From: Azolla caroliniana | Lineage: Eukaryota; Plantae; Polypodiophyta | Assembly: GCA_043228905.1 (NCBI GenBank) | Contig: JBHGNT010000022.1 | Span: forward strand, 372,001 to 436,000 | Direction of reading: 5' to 3' | DNA length: 64,000 bases | Shown here: positions 22,716 through 34,143 of the stretch, in pieces | Numbering within the stretch: position 1 is the stretch's first letter | How the letters are laid out: every line of letters begins with the position of its first letter | Notes under the pieces: model-generated | What the model was told of the DNA's origin: nothing | Database searches by the model: none | What the model saw: only the letters and a program-made list of their open reading frames with translations | Translations under genes and position numbers: made by a program

Positions 22716-25178
22716 TTATTCTTCGTCCAAAATATCCAGAATGCTTTGTTCGAGAGTCTCCAATGGTTCATCTGGAATTGGTGGTTGTTGTTGTTGTTGT
22801 TGTTGTGGTGGTTGTTGTTGCTGCTGTTGTTGCTCTGTTGATGGCTGCTGCGACGGGTCCTTTGGTGGCTGCTGCGGTTGCTCCTCCGTTTGTTGCTCTA
22901 ACACCGGCGTTTCCGGTGTTTCCGGCGTTTTCGTCGTTACTCCCTCCGTCGTAGTGGTCTCCGGTTGACTGGTTCCGGCCTGGCCCTCGGCCAGCGATGG
23001 GTCCTCATCACTAAGATTAACCGCTGCCGCTTCCAATGCTTTTTCTTCCCGAACCCGGGACCGCTCGTAGCTTTCAAACTGGATTTGAGCGTCCAGCCTA
23101 TCATCGTCTAGCTGAGCTACGAGTTACCGGACTTGCGCCAGCTGTTCATCCGCCAGGACTTGGAAGTTGTCGGCCAGCTCGTCCCGTATGGCGGTGAAGT
23201 CCTCGGAGGTCAACGTGTAACAATCCTCTCCTTCCTTCCGCCGGTTTGCCACGTCTACCCGTAGCAATTGGAGTTCCGTTGCATTTTGTGCCCACTTTGT
23301 CCACCATCTTACGGAGCTTTCGTCAATCAAGCGTTTTGTCTGATTCAACCATGCCCGGAGGATGCACTGAATCCGGCCCGTTCCCAATTGTGATTTGATC
23401 TCCGCCGCTTGCCGTTCCTCCTTCAATTGCTTGATGATTTTGACGTTGTCTTCCGCCTACTCCTTGTAATGCGTCAATTGCCTTTGATATGTGCTTTGTA
23501 ATTTCTGCAATATCGTTGACGCTCTCTCCTTTCTTCCTGCTGCTGCCTCTGGAGCTCCATCCGGACCTTCTCCGCCTCATCCAACCGTCTTGTATTTTCC
23601 GCACGTTCGTCGGCGATCGCCGTCGCGGCCCGATCAACTTCCTGTTGGAGCTCGGCCATCCGTTCCTTATGCTCCGTTTCCAACCGTTTGTAGTCCCAGT
23701 GCAGGTGCTCAAAATCATCTGTCGTTTGCTTGAGCCGTGCATTGATCTGTCGACAGGCCCGATCCTCGCGGTCCTTCTGCTGGCGGAGCTCTTCCTTTAG
23801 CCATTCAATTTCCGTTTCCGCCGTCTTCCGCAGCTTGTCCTTTTCCTGCAGCACTTTGTCTTTTTCCTCCTTTAGCCGGTCGTACGCTTGATGGCCTTTC
23901 CGAAGGCTCTCCTCTACCCGGCGGAGGTTCTCAGCAGTCTTCTTTAATTCTGCTTCGGCCGCTGTCTTCAATTCCCGTTCCCGGCTCCTTAGCGCTTCTT
24001 GTGCGGCAAGTTCATCTCTCAATTCCGCAAGCTCCTGGGCTTGCGCCGCATCTCTCTCTGGAACGGTTTCCGTTGCCGGGGTCTTATTGGTATGTACAGG
24101 TTGATCCATTTCTTTATTCTGTACACTTACCGGAGTCACCGGTGATTGGATCTGTGTTGCCGTTAAGGCCATTTTGGCCATCTCTGCCGTGACCTGATCC
24201 AAGTCTTTTTCAAGGCACCGGATTCTGGACCAGACCGTCTCTAGTTGTTCGGTTGTGACGAGCAAACGTTCGCTTTGCGCTCTTTCTTCCACCTCAATAT
24301 ACCCCATTGCTCCGGCAATCTGTTCGCCTATCCACCAGAGCTACAGGCTACCGGTGCATTGTTGTTGTGCTTGCACAGAGGTTTGACAGATGGGCTCGCT
24401 TGTAGATGGGTGGTCCCACCTAATTGCGCCGAGTTGCAATTCCGTTTCTGCCCGTGGACCACCCTGTTGTCCTGGTTCCCCTTGCGCTTCTTCTTGGTTG
24501 GCCGAGGGAGGTTGCATTGACCTTTCCAGCTCTGGCGGAATGGGACTTGCCGATGCTGCCGGTAGTGCAAGGGCTTCTTATTCCGGTGCCGTGCGCACCG
24601 GTTCCGATTCCTCCCTTGGCATGGGAGTCTCAGTATGGGGAGCCGGTGTTCCCTCCGTCTTAGGGTCCGAACGTTTCCCGGCTGCCTCAACGGTCCTTGC
24701 CGACGACTGTCGCTGGAGGTGCTTCGTAGGCTCCTCCTCTATTTCCTCTTCCTGAGTCTCGGCATTGAGTTTTTCCGCCAAAGGGTCCGCTTCTCTATTC
24801 ACCGGTCGGCGGAGTGTAACCTTTACGGGCCGTACCGGTGGTTCCTCCTGCGCGTCCGTTGGCCGCTTCTGGCTGGCGCTCTCCTTTCCCGCCTGTTCTG
24901 CGTCCACCGCCTTCCCCTTAGTGGCCTTAGAGGCCAACAGTTGTTGTCTTTTGGAAGCCGTCTTTGGGGTGTCGTCTGCCACTCTTGCCCGCTTCTTGGG
25001 TTGTACGGGCTCGACGGGTGGCACAAGCAAGGTGAGCCACTGCGTTACTACGTGCCATATCCTCCGTCCTTCTCGGCCTTCTTTGCCGTCTTTTCCTCTG
25101 ACGATCTCGATGGCCGCACACAAACCGTCTGCGATCAATACCGGCCAATCCACCTCCTTTTGGAAAAAGGGTTTAGGG
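22716..25178 (-). pseudogene. Extra 3' ORF of element D (coiled-coil, C-terminal poly-Q), fragmented and 5'-truncated
   Basis: ORFs 24578..25153, 23474..24307 (E/K/R/L heptad-like), 23124..23426 and 22716..23036; the W-rich block is homologous to C 30238..30930. Confidence 0.75.
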
Positions 25179-25180
25179 TG

Positions 25181-25613
25181 TGTTACCGGCGGGCAAAGGA
25201 GTCTAGAGTGTGAAATGGGGAGTTATTTAATTGTTAGGAATGGTTGTAAGTAAGCTATCAGTGTGGACGGACGAACCGGAATCGGTATGCCGTTCCGGAT
25301 CCGGACCGATCCCGAATAGGTGCGAATGGCACCGTTTTGTACTATAGACCGGAAACCTATTTAAAGGCCCGGATACAATGTAATGAGCAGCGGTTAATTA
25401 ATAAAGCTTAGTGTTGTTATCTCTCTGTGTTAATTGCCGTTTTGCATTCATTGTTATATCTTACACGTGTGAATATTAAGGACGATCATGCTAAGTAACC
25501 TAATTAAGTCGGATTAATCGTTGAGTCTAATCCTGATGCTGTAACACCCCTTTGGTGAAGTGTCTTCCGTAGACACCCTGTGTTAGGCCATTGTCCGGCC
25601 CTAAGAGTTAACA
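25181..25613 (+). repeat. Inverted internal LTR copy of the D family, followed by a PBS/tRNA copy (25621-25639)
   Basis: Reverse complement of 22229-22661; no TSD; sits where the RT-RH-INT segment is missing. Confidence 0.9.
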
Positions 25614-25639
25614 CAGTTTTTGGCGACCACGATGGGATT

Positions 25640-28600
25640 GGAAGTGGAAACGCATCCGTTACCGTAGCCGCATTGAGTTTCCGGTAGTCCACACAAACTC
25701 GAATTTTTCCGTTCTTCTTCGGTACGACTACGATCGGGCTCAGCCATGTCGCTTTCTTTACCAGACGGATAAAGCAAACTCTTAGCAGTTTATCGATTTC
25801 CTCCTTGACTTTGGTGGCATAATTGGGATTCATCCGGTACCGTCTTTGTGCCACTGGTTTTGCGTCCTTGCTCAAGTGAATCTGATGCTGGTATAACTAA
25901 GGGTCGAGTCCTCGCATGTCTTCGTATGACCAGACAAACACGTCGCGAAATTCCGTGAGAAGTGTGATCATCGCCGTTTTGTCTTCGGACTCCATCTCCT
26001 TGGCGATGTGCACCGGTTTTGCTTCGTCCGTGGTCCCTAGGTTCACCTCTTCAAGTTGCTTCAGTCTCTTCCGGCTGCGGTAAGTATGGTGCTACTGCTT
26101 CGGCAATGTCAATTTCGAAGAGAGGTACGATCTTCGGGTTTTCCTGCAAGTACTGAGCTTCTTCTTCGTCAGCTAACCCTTCTAGCATGTTGACGCACTC
26201 TGCATACAACGGTGTACATTCCTTGCCAGTGCTCGTCCTTGGTTGTGTTGGTACCCGTACCTTGGCTTTTCCTCGTCGGAAGGTAATTATATTTTTCCTC
26301 CAATTCTGTTTGATATGTGTCATTTTCAACCACGGCTGCCCCAGCAATAGTGGGTATGTGCCTTGTGCCTATAATTGTAGCACTACTGCCAAGATGTGAA
26401 ATGTATGACCGCCCACGATGACTTCTAATTTCCGTATTAATCCTATCGGCCGTACTGAGCTTGTATCGGTCATCCGTAACCAAAACGGACAAGGCTCCCA
26501 CTCATGGATTCCCAGGGCATCACACGTCCGGAGGCTTATTACATTCACCCTGGAGCCTCCGTCTATAACTGTGCCGAGGAGTTCTTTCCCTTTGACAATG
26601 GCAGTGATTACCAGATTGTTGGTGTCCACCACCGTTGGTCCCTCCTCCGGATTCGAGAAGAGTACCGATGTCAGTGATGATTCTCCTGCGGTCATGGCCG
26701 TCTTCAGTCCTTCCGTGAATCTTGGCACGAGCTGTAGGAGTTTTCCTAGTGGCAGCGTAATCTGGCATTCTTGCAACGCCAGCCATGTCTCGTTCTCGGA
26801 GTGACTGCCGCCGGCAAGCCCTACGGTATTCTCCTTTTGCCGTTGTAAGTCTGTGACATTTTGCTCGTTTGCTTTTTTCACCCATTCCGTCGCTTGGTTC
26901 CGGATGGTGTCCTACGTCTCCCATTCCTTGGCCATGCCCTTCGACCTTGTGGTCACCTGCTGCAGATCTTCCACTTCAGGGACTACCATATTTACTGCCG
27001 GTCGTTTGTCATAGCTCTTCGCCGGGCATTGATTACTATAATGGCCTTCCTGTCGGTAGTAGTAGCAGTAGGCTTTCCGGGTATTGTTGGATTCGGCATT
27101 ATCTGTTGTACCCGAGACAGGTCCCGTGGTAAGCGCGGGGTTTTGGGCCGGTTGGCTGCTTGAAGCTCCCTGTTCCGGATCCCGTGGGTAGCCGTCTTTT
27201 TTGAAATGCCGTTTTTTGTTATAGTTCTTCTTATTGTGGTACTCTTGACGAGGTTGGTCGTTATATCTGCCGTATTCCTCCCATTGTTGACGATACCCGA
27301 GGGAGTGCTCCTGGTCGTAATGTTTGTATCGTCTATTGTAATCCCAGTACCGATCATATCTATCCTACCGGTCATAGTTATCCCGCCGATCACCGTACCG
27401 GACATCATTCTCCCGTCGATCGCCATACCGGACATCCTGTGTCGGTCGGTCGTAGTCCATTCGCCGCCAGTGTTCCTCTTCTTCATCCCGGCTGTTGCGT
27501 GGCTCTATTTGTCGGACGGGCAGTGCTTGCCGGTTCAATAGATTATACTCGCACCTATCCGTTGTATGGCCCTTGGATTGACAGATTACACATTGCGTCC
27601 TCATAGTGCATTCTAGTGCCGAGTGTTCGGAATTCAAGCAGGTTGTGCACTGTATTGCTTGCCGAAACCGGAGGTCTTCATCGGACGGTAACGCCCGTTG
27701 GAGTGCTCCTAGTGTGAGCCAGGAGCTTGTCTTTTCCATCTCTCTCACTCGATCAATGACCTGGTCGATGGTATTTGTGCGGAAGTCAATTACCGTGCAC
27801 ACCATGCGTAGGGGTTCCCGGAGTGCATTCAGAAATATAGTCCGTAATTCCTCCTCCGGGGGTGTGCGTGCAAGCTGACTATGCATCCGTTGAAACCGGA
27901 TGACAAACTGGGGAATGCTCTCCCCTGCCTCCTGTCGGATGGTATAAAATAAGCCCACCATTATTGTCTGGTCCACCTCCTTTTGGAAAAAATGCAAGAA
28001 TTTAGCTTTTAAATCTGCAAAGGTGGTAATGGTAGACGGGTCCTGCGTCTGGCGCCATCTTGCTGCCGGTCCCTCCAATGTGACGCCAAATTCCGCTATC
28101 TTTGAGCATTCCTCTTCCTCTGGGGTCAATCGCTGGGACACATGGTTTGCTTCCCATGTCTGTTCAAAGGCCTGAACATGAGCTTCCGTGTTCGGATCAT
28201 CTCTATACTTGGAGTACTAGAACGGCATGTTGTCGTCCGGTATCGGTGCGTGGGCTGGCAGTGTTGGTGGTCGTGCCTGGTTTTTCTCTGGCGTCGGTGG
28301 TCTTTCCTGATTTGTTTCCGGCGTCGGTGGTCTTTCCTCTTCTTTTGGTGACGGAGGCCTCTCCTCCTCGACTTCCGGTGTCGGAGGTCGCTCTTCCTCT
28401 GCTGGTTCGGGAGGTTCCAGCCTTAGTAATTCCGGTTCCGGTGTCGGTAAGGTGTCTGATCCTTCGTCCTCCGGTCCGCCCGGGGTTTCGTTGCTGCTAC
28501 GGTAGTTCGTGTGCATGTTGTATTCCCCTTCGGAATCCGATTCATACGTTGAAAAGGCTTCTGCTTCACCTTCTCCGTTTGCCAACGCCTGGAGAAGGGA

Positions 28601-28820
28601 TTCGGTTTCCCGGAGGCTGTTTAGGCTGCTACCGTCGTCCGGGTGCGATGTTTGCTGTAACTAGAGGGAGTCCTCCGCTACTCTCCGGATTACGTTGGAA
28701 AACGAGCGATCCGCTCTAATTTCCTGCGCCGCTTGCTGGAAAGCCTCACGTCTTCTTTGCCTTTCGGCAAGGCGTCGAGTTCGATCTGTAACCAGGTCGT
28801 GCGTTGATCTAGTCATCCAT
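25640..28820 (-). pseudogene. gag-protease-RT N-terminus of element D
   Basis: FRQAIQCTTCLNSEHSALEC, VIDGGSRVN, WLSPIVVVPKKNGKIRVCVDYRKLN; truncated at TDAFPLP. EEERPPTP and DVRYGDRR repeats in gag. Confidence 0.9.
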
Positions 28821-28869
28821 CCGTGCCGTCGTTCGCTGCAAAAACAGGAATCGTGATCGCCAAAAACTG

Positions 28870-29302
28870 TGTTAACTCTTAGGGCCGGACAATGGCCTAA
28901 CACAGGGTGTCTACGGAAGACACTTCACCAAAGGGGTGTTACGGCATCAGGATTAGACTCAACGATTAATCCGACTTAATTAGGTTACTTAGCATGATCG
29001 TCCTTAATATTCACACGCGTAAGATATAACAATGAATGCAGAACGGCAATTAACACAGAGAGATAACAACACTAAGCTTTATTAATTAACCGCTGCTCAT
29101 TACATTGTATCCGGGCCTTTAAATAGGTTTCCAGTCTGTAGTACAAAACAGTGCCATCCACACCTATTCGGGATCGGTCCGGATCCGGAACGGCATATCG
29201 ATTCCGGTCCGTCCGTCCACACTCATAGCTTACTTACAACCATTCCTAACAATTAAATAACTCCCCGTTTCACACTCTGGACTCCTTTGCCAGCCGGTAA
29301 CA
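28870..29302 (-). repeat. 5' LTR of element D
   Basis: Direct repeat of 22229-22661; PBS follows on the minus strand. Confidence 0.93.
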
Positions 29303-29307
29303 TGAAC

Positions 29308-31100
29308 CTCCTCTGGCGATGACGATCTTCATCTCTACTGCCTTACACCAATGGCTCATGGAGAAACGCTTGGATGGATACATCCGGGTCGCAGAAGCAC
29401 ACCCACACCCAGATGCCATGGACATTGCCAGGAAGCTTAACATCGACACGGTCACCAACTCCTTCATCTGGAAGAAGTTGGACATGTCATCGCTAGGCGA
29501 AAGGCATTTCGAAATCCCTCCTGCAAAGGCACTGCAGCGATATTTCGGGCCATATTCCTCCTCCGCCAAGGCCTATAGAACTGGCAAAGGTCAGCACGGG
29601 CGCCAAGGAGATGGCCATAAAAAATAAGAATGTCTGGAAGAAGGTGAAACTGAACCAAGTTGAACTACAAAAAGCCAACGAACGCATCGCGGAGTTGGAA
29701 GCTCACGCGACTACGGCGCAACACGCAACTCCGCCACCAAACCACGCCATTGACGCTTTAAAGGAAGAAATTGAGGCTCAGACCGCCATCGCCTCAAAAG
29801 CGAAAAGGGTTGTGCAACTAGCGGAATCAAAAATTGACCGCCTTCGAGCGGAACTACGCCAATCCTCAGACAGAGAAAAGGAGATACGGGCTAACGGCCG
29901 GAAGGTAGTAAAAACCCTTGAAGAGAAACTCGCTACGGAGGTAGCTCAGCACATCCGGACAAAAGACGACAACGCCCAATTATGGGAGGACGCAAAGAAA
30001 TCGAAGGCGGCAATCGCGGGACTACGGGCCTTATTAGAAAAAAAGAAGGTATGGTTCGACGAGCAGTTGGTGGTCAAACAAGAAAGAAGGCATCAGCTCG
30101 AAATCCGCCTAAACAATGAAATGGGGAAATTAGAAGAACAACATGCAAAGGAATCCCAGCTGTGGGCGGGCCTGAAGGCCACGTACAAAGAAGCGGCAGC
30201 GGTTAAATAGCAGGAAATCGCAAACCTCCAGAAGTCGATGGAGGATGCACGCAACCGTTGCCAGGCCATCACAGATAATGTATGTATCCTTCTCCAAACA
30301 AATCGAGAGAGGTTCACAGCGCAATTGAAAACGGCGTTGGACAAAGGATGGATGGCGTGGGCAACCCAAGCAGCGGAATTGCACGCGTATCATGTGGACT
30401 GGGAGAACCGGCGAAAAGACGGTCGAGGTTTCTATAAACTAAATGAGGAGAGCATTGCGGCCGTACGAGAGGACCTAGTGCAAGACTATCGTGCGTTAGC
30501 GGACCAACACTCTGAAGAACTCGCGCAGCTCTTAGATGATTTTGGTGAAAGCCAGGAGGAGCTATTTCACCAGATCACACAAGCCGGCAACACGCGCACA
30601 AATGAGGAATCCAACGTGACGCCAATTCCGGGCACGGCCGAAGAAGAGGAACCTCAGGCCCGATCACCAAAAATGACAATGATGGAGAACAGCGCGGACC
30701 GACGAGCGGAGTCCCCCACAGTACCAGACAGCGAAACCACTGCACAAGAGGGAGGTTCATCCGCACGAGCCCACGCTATCATCGAACCACACGGAGAACG
30801 GTGCGGGCCAGGCGGAATCTCCGCCCCACTCCCCGGAACGTACAAAAACGGCCGACACCACAGAGGACGTAACAATGGAGGCAGACGCAGCCAACTGCAA
30901 GCACGACAACGACGGAGCCCAACCCACTAGCTCAAGAAGAGCCCACCGTACCCGGACCGCCCTTACACGGCGACTGCGACTCCAGGAGAAACCAGCCCGA
31001 CCAAACAGGGGAGCCACACCACGATGCACCTACGGGCCCTACATCATCTCCGGACGCGGACACCGCAGCAGAGCCAAACATCCGGGCCATTTTGGAAGAG
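29308..31100 (+). pseudogene. Extra 3' ORF of element C (coiled-coil)
   Basis: ORFs 29319..29627, 29611..30210 and 30238..30930 lie between integrase and 3' LTR in sense orientation. End is approximate. Confidence 0.75.
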
Positions 31101-31132
31101 GATCCAGGGCACTGTCCCACAAGCGTGCCAGG

Positions 31133-31571
31133 TGTTGTCCGCCGGAATAGTAACCGACGGACAAGAGCATAGGAATAAGAAATAATATAAGATCATAACG
31201 CATGTAACGGTTCACGCAGGAAGCATGAACAGCTAAATAGAACCTACGTATATAAAGGGTAGAAAACCTCTGATAGAGGGAGCGTGTAATTTTGGGAATG
31301 TAAGAAATGTCTCATAATAGAGTTCTATCTTCTCTGATTCTCTGTGTATAGCTACGGCTAATCCACTGTGTGTGTCTTGAAGACCTGAGCATGTAAGAAC
31401 TTAAGTGTAACCCTTGCTAAGGATTCGGTTGTAGCCGTCTCCCTTATACGCTGATAGGTTACAGGGAACATTCCCCTACGCATTACGCTTAGACGCCTAT
31501 TCGTTGTTCCACACCCACTTGGAGGTCTAGGTCGAAGGACTGACCGTGGACCGTGTTCCTAATCGGCAACA
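31133..31571 (+). repeat. 3' LTR of element C
   Basis: Direct repeat of 14947-15385, followed by TSD GATGG. Confidence 0.93.
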
Positions 31572-31576
31572 GATGG

Positions 31577-34143
31577 CGAAGGCTTCCGGCCGTATGCTCC
31601 GCACAAGTGACCTACCACCAAGATCTCTAGTTGCCCGAATGCGGATTTTTCTCCCGAAAATGTCAAATTCGCATCTTCGAGCCTTTGGAGCACCTTTTCG
31701 CAATCTTTCATATGATTCGCGACGAACTTTGTACACCCTTCCTTATCTTTTGATTCATCTTTCTCCTCATCCGAACATCCTTTTATCAGAATATCATCCA
31801 AGAATGGCATCGTGATGTCCGGAATGCAATCCTTCAAGACCTTGTTCATGCCATTCACCATATGAGCCACCGAGTTCATTGCACCTTGAGGTAAGGTACA
31901 CATCTGCACGAGCCCAATTGGAGTCCTCATAGTTGTAATGTCAGGACTGTCGATCGCCAATTGGAATTGGTCATAGCCGGAGTAGAGATCACCAGTGGAG
32001 TAGATAGACTGACCCGCAAATGCTTCGGCAAATTCATCCACACTCGGACCAATTCTAGCATTCCGAATTGTCACTTTGTTGACAGGTTGAAGATCTTGGA
32101 TGAATCGCAATGATCCATTCTTCTTCGGCACCGTGAACCACCTATTAGAATAGGGAGCATTCGACAGTTCCAAAATTCCCATATCCACCTTTTCTTTTAA
32201 GAGCTCGATCAACTTCGGTAGCTGTGCTCTCGGAACCGATATTGGTTTAAAATTCCAAGGCATGTCTGGCACCGTGAAGATCACCATTGGTTCTATCTTC
32301 CTTGGATCAACACATCTGATTTCTTGTGGGAAATATGCGAAAGCCTTCCCATGTCTCTCAAGCATGTCGCTAAACATTCGCTCCTCTTCAAGGAGGAGGA
32401 AATCCTCCCTTCCAACTCATAGCTTTCCTTTCGTCTCTTCAGTGAAGACATGACCTATTGCCTTTGGATCTCTAACTTGGATCGTTAGCGACTTCCTTCA
32501 TCTTTTGCCAGCTATCTTCCGGTAGCGGAACCGCAACTGGCTTGATCTTCCTATCCACCGTTTTATATTTTGTGTTGATGTCAGCTTCCTTCATCAAGAT
32601 GCTTCGATGATATTCATCGATGATAGCATACATGTTGATGGAGTTAACCAAAATCACGTGTCGATCGTGAAGATAACTCAAGTCCACGACATCCTCGATT
32701 TTGCTGATGGTGTCGTTAAATGAGGCTTCTTCCATAATATGGGTCATGAAATCTTCTTCTTCTATTATGTTTTCTTCTTTCAACATCTTCACGAAGTCTT
32801 GTATCCGACGTTTGTCCTTCTTGTCGGGTATTACAAGTTTACATGCGCCACTAGGTGTGACACATGTTGCTTCTCCTCGCAATCCACGTGCTCTATTTTC
32901 TTGTGGGGACTTGTGATTGCTTGGACTATTTGTGCCCCATGCTTCAATAGTCCGCTCTAAAAATCCGAAGCATCTTCTCCGAGACAATCCCGATTCCTTT
33001 CATGGTTAGCACGTACAATCAAGAATTGTACGGCCTTCTTCCCATCAAGACTCCTTACTCGAGCAAATGTCGCGCCATTGTCGAACACTTTGGTTTCCAT
33101 CCGTGATGATGTTATGTATGGTTGCCCAAGAATGATAGGATGGGACGCTGATTCTTGAACAAAAAAATGTTGATCTATCTCGACATCGCCAATCGTGATG
33201 GGGATGTTAGGACATGCCCCATACAAGTCTTCGGTAGCTTTCGTAGCAACACGGATCTTCCACCCATGATTCGTATTTATGGGCCATCTTCCCTTCCTGT
33301 AGACCTCAGTCGACATAAGGTTGATTTCAGACCCATGGTCTATTAACGCTACGACTGTCTCTTTTCTTTCCCCCAACTTTACTAGCATCTCCGTCGTCGT
33401 CGTTGCTCGAGCCCAATGAGGCCGAGTATAGTGGTTGTCCACCATATCTTCCTCGACTTTGTCTCTTACCATCGTTATGGCATTCGTTTTTGCTTTTAGT
33501 GGCTTCTCTTCTTCTTCGTCTAACTGTTGCCTTTTTCTCTTTATGAGGTCCACAATCGTATCATGGAATTCCTTCTTTGTAATGCCGAGCAATTCCCTCA
33601 AGGACAAGGTCACATGGCTATCAAGAAAACGTTCCTCGAGAATCTTCTTCAAGTCTGTCATATGTTCTATGTCCGACTTTAGTTTATAGGCAGGCATAGT
33701 TCTTGTCTTCCGAGCGGGGTCATCAACGCCAACCTTCATGGGCCGAACCGTTTCTTTGACTCGTTTGCTCGACTCCCCTTTCCGGCTCCCTTCCTCCCTT
33801 TGTAACACTGGACTCGTTGCTAGATCTTCTTTCTTTTTCGCGTTCCTTGTTTCATGTCTTTTTGATGGGCCTTGCTCTTCTATTCTTTTTCTCTTTTCTT
33901 CGATGAACACCTCGTGGTTGTCGGACATCACTTCCGCAAGTATGGTGTTGTCATCCACCGGATCCGACCATCCGGTTATACTTTGTACCTCGTTCGAAGT
34001 GACTTTTCCCTTCTTCTCATACTTGAGAACGGTAGACCAAAACTTTGTTCCCGTTCTAGCAACTTCATTTTTATCTTTTCCGACTCTAATTCCAGTCGAT
34101 GCGGCATAGTGCATCGCATCCACATGAGTCGCCTCAGCATCTC
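31577..34143 (-). pseudogene. gag C-terminus, protease, frameshift site and RT of element A
   Basis: ORF 32957..34123 (LIDHGSEINLM...ASDF*), overlapping -1 ORF 32472..32987, and RT ORF 31559..32377 (LPQGAMNS, PFLDD). Confidence 0.92.

Larger units (their letters stand above)
22229..29302 (-). mobile_element. Ty3/Gypsy element D (relative of C), most of pol deleted, with an inverted internal third LTR
   Basis: LTRs 28870-29302 (5') and 22229-22661 (3'); TSD CGAAC (22224-22228) / TGAAC (29303-29307); PBS TGGCGATCACGAT at 28850-28862 on minus. Confidence 0.92.
14947..31571 (+). mobile_element. Athila/Tat-like Ty3/Gypsy element C with extra 3' ORF, carrying two nested inserts
   Basis: LTRs 14947-15385 and 31133-31571 (TGTTG...CAACA); perfect TSD GATGG (14942-14946 / 31572-31576); PBS TGGCATGCTTGGTG 15390-15403. 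Lineage label is inference from RT motifs and PBS type. Confidence 0.93.
1246..34143 (-). mobile_element. Ty3/Gypsy element A (minus strand), split by nested insertions, 5' end deleted
   Basis: Pieces rejoin across TSDs: gag/PR 32957-34143, RT 31577-32987, RT end 14797-14941, RH/INT 9148-10896, INT tail ~1979-2190, PPT 1907-1923, 3' LTR 1246-1906. Example: RWFRP|YVVISAN is restored across B. Confidence 0.9.

Noticed and set aside
25168-25178. Telomere repeat (GGGTTTAGGG) at the junction
   Set aside because: Single unit that reads in frame as part of D's extra ORF (LNPFSKKEVDW).
14947-31571. C and D are antisense-coded elements with the real PBS at the other end
   Set aside because: TATA orientation and a conventional PBS after the gag-proximal LTR agree with gag-pol direction.
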